From Escherichia coli (GTDB taxonomy: Bacteria > Pseudomonadota > Gammaproteobacteria > Enterobacterales > Enterobacteriaceae): a DNA stretch of 64,000 nt. The notes beneath the pieces were generated by a model. The model was not told the origin of the DNA, ran no database searches, and saw only the letters and a list, made by a program, of their open reading frames with translations. This document shows positions 55,213 to 64,000 of the stretch, piece after piece. Position 1 is the stretch's first letter; each line of letters starts with the position of its first letter. A program made the translations under genes and the position numbers. The stretch lies in NCBI RefSeq assembly GCF_050920415.1, contig NZ_CP169309.1; one strand, written 5' to 3'.

Positions 55213-55866
55213 TTATCGCAGTTTGTTGTAATTTTCTGACCACTGCGCCATATCCAGAACAGAACTATCAGCAGGAACATCCTGGATATCGTGCGTTACC
55301 TGAACGACGGGGATCGCCATGGCGCGAATTTCGCTGAACACCCACTGGCGAAAATTATCGCGCAGAGCCACATCAAGACGGCTGAACGGCTCATCCAGGA
55401 GTAACGCTCTTGGCTGGGCGAGAAGGGCGCGTAGCAGAGCAACGCGCGCTCGCTGACCGCCAGACAAAGTGGCAGGATCCTGATGGAAAGCTCCGTCAAG
55501 GCCTGAACGCTCAAGTGCATCATTCACGGCATTACGTCGGGCATTCCCCTTAAGTGTCTCCGGTAGCGCCAGCAGTAAATTTTGCCCGACGCTGAACTGG
55601 TCAAATAACAGTGCATCCTGGAAAAGAATGCCAATCTGACGCTGTGCGGTGGGTTGCATGTCAATCCGTTGCTCATTGAGCCATAGCTCACCTGCACAAG
55701 AAAACTGTCCGGCCAGCGCACCAATCATCCATGAAAACAGTGTAGATTTTCCACAGCCAGACGGCCCCATTAACGTGACAATGTCACCTTTATCCACCGT
55801 AAAGTTAACGTTTGTCAGCAAGCGGCTTTCTGGTAAACGTAGCGAAACATTTTTCACGCAGAGCAT
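55213..55866 (-). CDS. ynjD: ABC transporter ATP-binding protein YnjD
   Basis: ORF track 55213..55953; Walker A GPSGCGKST, signature LSGGQRARV; start overlaps ynjC stop. Confidence 0.85.
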   Translation of the reverse strand: MLCVKNVSLRLPESRLLTNVNFTVDKGDIVTLMGPSGCGKSTLFSWMIGALAGQFSCAGELWLNEQRIDMQPTAQRQIGILFQDALLFDQFSVGQNLLLALPETLKGNARRNAVNDALERSGLDGAFHQDPATLSGGQRARVALLRALLAQPRALLLDEPFSRLDVALRDNFRQWVFSEIRAMAIPVVQVTHDIQDVPADSSVLDMAQWSENYNKLR

Positions 55867-57401
55867 TAGCGGAGTCCTTGTCTGACATAACCTACCCATT
55901 TTGCGACTAACGCGGTCAGGGCAAAAATAATAAGCGGCAACAGTAGTTGCCATAAAGCCTGGGCGGCGAGAATGCCGTTGCTGCCGCCGCTGCTTAATGC
56001 CACCGCTTCAGTGGTGAGCGTCGGAAAACGCCCCGCGCCCAGCCACAGAGTCGGCATATACTGCGCAATACTGACTGAAAATCCTACCGCGAAGGCAATC
56101 AGCGCAGGGCGCAACATGAGTGGGCATTTCACGTAAAAGAAGATTTTGGCCCGCGACCAGCCCAGTGTTTGCGCAATCAAAATTAACCGTGAATCAATGC
56201 GCTGCCAGGCGGGTTGCAGGATAAACAGCATCCACGGCATTACCCACAGCAGATGCCCCCAGACCACCGCTGTCCAGCTCCCATCTATGTTCAGCCATAG
56301 CGCCAGCATGTACTGGCCCGCCACCAGCGGCAGAGCGGGTAATAAAATGGGCAACCAGAGCCACAACTGGCGACGCTTTGCCCCCCATTCCAGCCACAGC
56401 AGTAACAGGACCAAAGCGATAAACGTCGCCACCAGCCCCATTGTCAGGCTGTTGATGAGCGCTTCACTATTGATCGTCGACTGATCCGCGAGGATCGCCA
56501 GCAGAACCACACACAGCACACCGGTTAAGGGTAAAAAACTCGCCAGTGTATTGCCGGGTAATAAAGGCGTGGCGGGCTTACGAACGCCATCTACGCGGGG
56601 AATGGTGCACTGCCAGGCGCGCCAAAGTAAATAGCCCAGCAAAACGTAGACGGCGAGTAACAGCATCAGCAGCAGGCTGGCGAGTGCGCCTTTCATCTGT
56701 TGATCGGCGTCGCCTTGGGTTAACCACTGCCAGCTAATTACCGCCAGCGTCGGTGGATTACCCGGCCCGAGAATAATTGCCACATCCACGACCGACAACG
56801 ACCATGCCACAATAGCCAGCATCGCCATTGCCAGTGCAGGCGCGACGGAGGGCAACAACAACCAGTTCAGACATTGCCAGCGGCTGTAGCCCAGCGAATC
56901 CAGTACAATAACCTGCTGCAACAGCCGTTTCTCGCTCAATACTGCCGCTAAGATCCACAGCAGAAATGCGCTTTCTTTCACCGCCAGGGTAAGGCCCAGC
57001 CCAATACCCAATTTATCCATCGGCGGAGTGAGAAAAGGAAAAACCTGATAAACCAGGCCACCTTCAGCAAACAGCAACAGGGCGCTGGTGGCAAAAGCCA
57101 CATGGGGAATGGCGAGCAGCCACGGCAGACGGGCGCACATACGCTGCCATTTCGGCCCAGGCCACAGCGCCATAATTACCAGCAGGGCAATCGTCAATGC
57201 GCCGAGCGCCGCGATGGTTGTTGACACCAGTGTTGCCAGTAAGGCCTGCGGTAGCTGCGGATCGGCAAATAACGCCTGCCAGTGTGCCAACGACAAAGCA
57301 GGCGATATCAGCGTGAGAGCTGCCGGGATCAGCGGTGCATAAATCACCGCCACCATCGCCCACAGCAACAAGATTAATGCGTACCGTAACGGTGTAGCCA
57401 T
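55866..57401 (-). CDS. ynjC: ABC transporter permease YnjC (fused double permease)
   Basis: ORF track 55866..57425; multi-TM. Confidence 0.85.
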   Translation of the reverse strand: MATPLRYALILLLWAMVAVIYAPLIPAALTLISPALSLAHWQALFADPQLPQALLATLVSTTIAALGALTIALLVIMALWPGPKWQRMCARLPWLLAIPHVAFATSALLLFAEGGLVYQVFPFLTPPMDKLGIGLGLTLAVKESAFLLWILAAVLSEKRLLQQVIVLDSLGYSRWQCLNWLLLPSVAPALAMAMLAIVAWSLSVVDVAIILGPGNPPTLAVISWQWLTQGDADQQMKGALASLLLMLLLAVYVLLGYLLWRAWQCTIPRVDGVRKPATPLLPGNTLASFLPLTGVLCVVLLAILADQSTINSEALINSLTMGLVATFIALVLLLLWLEWGAKRRQLWLWLPILLPALPLVAGQYMLALWLNIDGSWTAVVWGHLLWVMPWMLFILQPAWQRIDSRLILIAQTLGWSRAKIFFYVKCPLMLRPALIAFAVGFSVSIAQYMPTLWLGAGRFPTLTTEAVALSSGGSNGILAAQALWQLLLPLIIFALTALVAKWVGYVRQGLR

Positions 57402-58540
57402 TCTTGTTCCAGCGCATTTACCCAACCTGCGTGCGGTTCAGCCAGTACCGGCGGCAGATCCTGCGGCATTCTTGATTGCAATATTTCATGCTGCCCGTCA
57501 GGCAGTTTTTGCGGATCGAGAACCGATGGATCGCCCCAGACAGCAGGGTCTGCTTTACGTAGCTGTGCATCAGGTGAGAGCAGGAAATTGGCAACCACCT
57601 TCGCCGCAGCACTGGCATTCGCGTTAGCAGGAATGGTGACAAAATGCACGTTGCCAATCATCCCCTCGTTAAAACCAAAACTGTAACTGCTTGCCGGCAA
57701 ATCGCCACTGGCGATTTTTTGCTGGGCATGTGCAGGATTAAAGGTCAGCGACAGGCGCAATGTGCCAGCTTTCAGCAGAGCATCCATCCGCGCGGGCGAA
57801 GGTGGGAAATCCTTTCCTTCGCGCCATAAATACGGATGCAGCGCATCAAGATATTGCCACAAGGGCGCAGTGATACGGGCGAAAGTCGCATCGTTCGGCG
57901 CTTCTTTTAATGCTGCGGGATCTGGCGTCAGCATAATCAGTAACTGTTCAAGAAATGCGGTGCCAGTAAAGTCTGGCGGGCGCGGATAGGTAACCGTGCC
58001 AGGATTGGCTGTAGCAAATTCCAGTAAGGCTTGCGGTGTTTGTGGTGGCTGTGGCGTAACATCGCGGCGGGCGATAAACGTCAGTTGAGCGCCGCCCCAC
58101 GGCGATTCTGCGCCTTCGACAGGTACAGAAAAATCTTCCCGTACCGGCAGTTGTGTATCGACATAACGCCAGTTTGGCAGAGTCTCAGCCCAGCCGGTTT
58201 GCAGTAAATTGGCCTCTTTTAAAGTGCGGAAGTTTTCGCCGTTCACCCAGAGCAGATCCACCGAACCGCCTGTCTCGCGCCCGGCTGCGGCTTCGGTCTG
58301 AATGCGCTTCACCGCGTCTGCGGCATCCGCCAGGCGGACAATCTTCAGGTTTATATCATAATGGGTTTTCATCTCGCCGCTAACCCAGTCGAGATAGCGG
58401 TTAATTGCGGTATCGCCGCCCCAGGCGTTAAACCAGACGGTTTGCCCTTTGGCCTCATTTTTAACTTCCTGCCAGTCACTGGCATGTGTTGCCAGAGAAA
58501 ACAGCGATAACAATCCCAGCAACCACCCACAATGGCGCAT
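57374..58540 (-). CDS. ynjB: ABC transporter periplasmic substrate-binding protein YnjB
   Basis: ORF track 57374..58543; signal peptide. Confidence 0.85.
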   Translation of the reverse strand: MRHCGWLLGLLSLFSLATHASDWQEVKNEAKGQTVWFNAWGGDTAINRYLDWVSGEMKTHYDINLKIVRLADAADAVKRIQTEAAAGRETGGSVDLLWVNGENFRTLKEANLLQTGWAETLPNWRYVDTQLPVREDFSVPVEGAESPWGGAQLTFIARRDVTPQPPQTPQALLEFATANPGTVTYPRPPDFTGTAFLEQLLIMLTPDPAALKEAPNDATFARITAPLWQYLDALHPYLWREGKDFPPSPARMDALLKAGTLRLSLTFNPAHAQQKIASGDLPASSYSFGFNEGMIGNVHFVTIPANANASAAAKVVANFLLSPDAQLRKADPAVWGDPSVLDPQKLPDGQHEILQSRMPQDLPPVLAEPHAGWVNALEQEWLHRYGTH

Positions 58541-58549
58541 CATCTCTCC

Positions 58550-59098
58550 TTAAGAACGTTTTTCAGGAATACGGCACAGCCCCTGAGCGGGAATGTCCAT
58601 GGCAGAATTAAAACGGGCTGACAGATTTTGCAGGCCGATCAATGCCGTCAGTTCGGTGAGCGCCTGGGCGTCAAAATGCGCAGCCAGTCGGGTACGCAGG
58701 GCATCATCGACCGTTGGCGGCGTTACGCTGGCGGCTTCGGCGTACTCCAGCGCCAGCCGTTCTTCATCGCTAAAGAGCGGGCTTTGCCGCCAGTCAGCCA
58801 CTGCCAGCAACTTATCGGTGCTGCCGGTACGCTCGGCGACTTTCATACTGGTGATATCCACGCAAAACTCACACAGGCACATTTGCGCAATGCGCGCGCT
58901 GACAAGCGATCGCACTACCGGATCGAGCGGTGAGCGTTTACGCTCCAGCCAACCGACAAACATCGACACCAGATAAAAGATAAACGGGATCCGTCCCCAC
59001 CAGCGAATTGGACTTAGCACCTCGCCGTAATGGCGACGATGCAGCCACGCCTGCGGACGTAAACTTAAAGGAATTTTGCTAAGCGGTGGTAAACCCAT
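58550..59098 (-). CDS. ynjA: Carboxymuconolactone decarboxylase (AhpD-like) family protein YnjA
   Basis: ORF track 182 aa; CxxC-containing AhpD-like sequence. Confidence 0.8.
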   Translation of the reverse strand: MGLPPLSKIPLSLRPQAWLHRRHYGEVLSPIRWWGRIPFIFYLVSMFVGWLERKRSPLDPVVRSLVSARIAQMCLCEFCVDITSMKVAERTGSTDKLLAVADWRQSPLFSDEERLALEYAEAASVTPPTVDDALRTRLAAHFDAQALTELTALIGLQNLSARFNSAMDIPAQGLCRIPEKRS

Positions 59099-59802
59099 CA
59101 GGCATTCCTCTTCTGGCGTTCAAGCCATATTTTTTTCGCCATAAAAATCACCACGGTCAGGGCAAACAGAATAAACAGTCCGGTGACAAACCAGAAGGTA
59201 CCGCCCGTTAACATACTGCCCGCCCAGGAATAAACAATAGTCGCCGGTAACTGACCAAGCCCGGTGGCGATAAAAAACGAGCGAAAACGTATTGACGTCA
59301 AACCGGCAGCATAGCTGATTGGATCGAAAGGGACAAAAGGCAATAACCGGCATACCAGGATAGTGTGTTTGCCGTAGCGAGTGAAAAAGCCGTCCATACT
59401 GTCAAGCATGGTTTTACCGGTTAATTTTTCCACCACTTCGCGGCCCATTACTCTGGCGATAAAAAAGCATAGCGCCGCGCCCGCCATAGAACTGGTCCAC
59501 GACAGCAAGCCGCCCCAGAACGCGCCAAACAGCGACGCATTGGCAAAGGTGATCAAAAATGCAGGCAGCGGTGCAGCAATGGCCTGTAAGATCATTAAAA
59601 AGAATGAGACCAGTGCAGCCTGCGTGCCGTAAGACGCAATAAAGCGTTCAATGCCTTGTTGATCCACGGCGGCAAAGGCTACAAGGCTGCTGTTAATAAA
59701 CTCATAAACGCCGGGAATCAGCGCCCATGCGAGCAGCGCAACAATTAACAAGATGATAATGACGCCACGCCAGAGCCACATTTTACGGTTTTTATCTCTC
59801 AT
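59098..59802 (-). CDS. ydjZ: DedA/TVP38-family inner-membrane protein (YdjZ-like)
   Basis: ORF track 234 aa; stop overlaps ynjA start by 1 nt. Confidence 0.8.
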   Translation of the reverse strand: MRDKNRKMWLWRGVIIILLIVALLAWALIPGVYEFINSSLVAFAAVDQQGIERFIASYGTQAALVSFFLMILQAIAAPLPAFLITFANASLFGAFWGGLLSWTSSMAGAALCFFIARVMGREVVEKLTGKTMLDSMDGFFTRYGKHTILVCRLLPFVPFDPISYAAGLTSIRFRSFFIATGLGQLPATIVYSWAGSMLTGGTFWFVTGLFILFALTVVIFMAKKIWLERQKRNA

Positions 59803-59805
59803 CTT

Positions 59806-60510
59806 TCATCTTTGTTGTTCGGTTAAAGAGGTTTTATCAGAAGTGGTCAGTGCCACTTGTTTGTAACGGGCGTAGCATTTAGCAAGCTGAATAAGAATAA
59901 ACAGTATTAGCCCTGCCAGACAAAGTTTGAAAATAAATGATAATGTTATGCCTTCAGTAACAAGGTCGCTGGCCATAAAAGTATAAATAAAGATCCCCGG
60001 CAGAGTCGTGAATGCCGAAATAAAGGTATATGGCCAAAAGGCAATGGCGGTTAATCCGTAGGCGTAATTTTGAATATTGTAAGGAAATAGCGGAATTAAG
60101 CGGGTAAGAATAAGAAAATCGATACCGTTACGTGCAATCCCTTTCTCAATAGACTGAAAGACGGTGGTATCCCCAACATATTTCAGCACCAGTTCTCGCC
60201 CCATCCAGCGAGCAATCAAAAAGGAAACCGACGAAGCGAGCGTTGCTGCAACTAACGAAAGCAGAGTCCCCAAGAATGGACCAAAAATAATGCCACTGCC
60301 AATGACCAGGACACTACCGGGCAGCAGCAGAAGAGTGGCAATAACAAATAACAGAATATAAAGGCTGTAACCGAAAATACCACTCTGGCGAATAAGTGCC
60401 TGCAAGTGAGGAAGATCGCTAATGAAATTGAATATGCCTGAAGCATAAACAAGATAAATTGCCAGAGCAAAAGTCAGACTACCAACAACGAACTTACACT
60501 CAGCTTTCAT
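59806..60510 (-). CDS. ydjX: DedA/TVP38-family inner-membrane protein (YdjX-like)
   Basis: ORF track 234 aa; paralog of adjacent gene; stop 3 nt before ydjZ start. Confidence 0.75.
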   Translation of the reverse strand: MKAECKFVVGSLTFALAIYLVYASGIFNFISDLPHLQALIRQSGIFGYSLYILLFVIATLLLLPGSVLVIGSGIIFGPFLGTLLSLVAATLASSVSFLIARWMGRELVLKYVGDTTVFQSIEKGIARNGIDFLILTRLIPLFPYNIQNYAYGLTAIAFWPYTFISAFTTLPGIFIYTFMASDLVTEGITLSFIFKLCLAGLILFILIQLAKCYARYKQVALTTSDKTSLTEQQR

Positions 60511-60666
60511 CGTGGAGATTTCCTATATCAAGCCTTGATAATAGAGAAGTGAAAAACGCGATGACGGTATAACAAACCTAAGCTGGTCACAAATCCTTAC
60601 TGCCAGTTTCTTGATTATCCTCAAGAATCGGCCTCCTGACCTGGAGGATGTCAGGAGGCTGCGTCA

Positions 60667-61473
60667 TTAGCGGCGGAAGGTCGCCCACACAGGCGCGTGA
60701 TCGGACGGTTTTTCCATGCTGCGGATTTCATAGTCGATGCCGGTTTCTACGCAACAGTCTGCCAGCGGTTGGCTGGCGAGCAGCAGGTCGATACGCAGAC
60801 CACGGTTATCGTCAAAACCTTTTGAGCGGTAATCAAACCATGAGAAACGATCTGCTGTTTCCGGATTCGCATGGCGGAAGGTATCCACCAGCCCCCAACT
60901 TATCAGCCTGTCCATCCATTCACGTTCTTCAGGCAGGAAAGAACATTTACCAGTACGCAGCCAGCGTTTGCGGTTCTCTTCGCCAATGCCGATATCCAGG
61001 TCGGTGGGGCTGATATTCATATCGCCCATAATCAGCACCGGATTTTCACGCTTGAGTTCGGTTTCCAAATAATTTTGCAGATTCTGATAAAACTGCGCCT
61101 TCGCCGGGAATTTTATCGGATGGTCGCGGCTTTCACCCTGCGGGAAGTAACCGTTGATCACGGTGACATTGCCCAGCGGCGAGGGGATTTCCGCCATAAT
61201 AATTCGCCGCTGCGCCTCTTCGCCGTCGTCAGGGAAGCCGCGACGCACGGCAATCGGCGTCTCTTTGGTCAGCAGCGCCACGCCATAATGGCCTTTCTGC
61301 CCGTGATAAAACACGTTGTAGCCGAGCTTCGCCACCTCTTCGAGCGGAAACATATCGTCATGAACTTTTGTCTCCTGCAGGCCAATCACATCCGGTTGGT
61401 GCTTTTCGACGATGGCTTCAAGCTGGTGAGGTCTGGCGCGCAGGCCGTTGATATTAAAAGAGACAAATTTCAT
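60667..61473 (-). CDS. xthA: Exodeoxyribonuclease III (268 aa)
   Basis: ORF track 60667..61485; start trimmed to [14 protein letters not shown]. Confidence 0.95.
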   Translation of the reverse strand: MKFVSFNINGLRARPHQLEAIVEKHQPDVIGLQETKVHDDMFPLEEVAKLGYNVFYHGQKGHYGVALLTKETPIAVRRGFPDDGEEAQRRIIMAEIPSPLGNVTVINGYFPQGESRDHPIKFPAKAQFYQNLQNYLETELKRENPVLIMGDMNISPTDLDIGIGEENRKRWLRTGKCSFLPEEREWMDRLISWGLVDTFRHANPETADRFSWFDYRSKGFDDNRGLRIDLLLASQPLADCCVETGIDYEIRSMEKPSDHAPVWATFRR

Positions 61474-61830
61474 AGTCGCTGCCATTTATTCAGATAAAGA
61501 GTGCGTGGATGGTAGCAGAATTTCGCTTTGCTTACCGCCTGTTGTTAAGTGATTTGATCGATGGTTGTTAATGATGTCAACGATGGCGCAAAAAATGCCC
61601 GCTTTTGGTGCGCGCTGCGTCAGAATGGCGCAGTAATTTCCAGTAAATTTCGTCAATGATCACAATTCCAGAATTATATTTTACTTCTGCATAACATTGC
61701 GTTTTTTATTCTTTTTATTCACCTGCATCGCAAACGTATTCACTTTATATGCACTTTAAATGCATATGGTTTGGTTATAACTCCTTGATTTCCAGTTAGC
61801 CACCGCGGTTTATGCACTTTTATCACTGGC

Positions 61831-61846
61831 TGGCACGAACCCTGCA
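61831..61846 (+). promoter_or_regulatory. sigma54 promoter TGGCACG-N4-CTGCA upstream of astC
   Basis: TGGCACGAACCCTGCA about 70 nt upstream of astC ATG. Confidence 0.6.
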
Positions 61847-61882
61847 ATCTACATTTACAGCGCAAACATTACTTATTATTAA

Positions 61883-64000
<2,118 letters not shown>

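Overview
This window reads as a contiguous stretch of Escherichia coli-type core chromosome, syntenic with the K-12 yoaH-to-astA region (pabB-proximal side to xthA/ast), in reverse orientation relative to the K-12 map. All assignments are from reading the six-frame translations and the DNA; no database search was run. It is densely packed with about 66 intact protein-coding genes: housekeeping genes (gapA, gdhA, topB, selD, xthA, rnd, fadD, ansA, pncA, sppA, msrB, tsaB, astC/astA) and many y-genes (ydjL-ydjE sugar-acid cluster, ynjABCD/ydjXZ transport cluster, yeaG-yeaH, three GGDEF genes, cntAB-like yeaVWX, dmlRA). I found no rRNA or tRNA genes, CRISPR arrays, IS elements, integrases or prophage genes. 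I do not see a clearly novel multi-gene system. The most unusual feature is a roughly 0.8 kb segment between ansA and sppA carrying a SIMPL/DUF541-like secreted-protein ORF that I do not expect from the K-12 gene order; two K-12 genes (ynjI, ydjY) also appear to be absent, as far as I can recall that order. Other points worth a second look are a LexA-box-like palindrome at the yoaA start, candidate operators for the ydj cluster, sigma54 promoters for yeaG and astC, and three small-protein genes missing from the ORF track (yoaI, yoaJ, yoaK).
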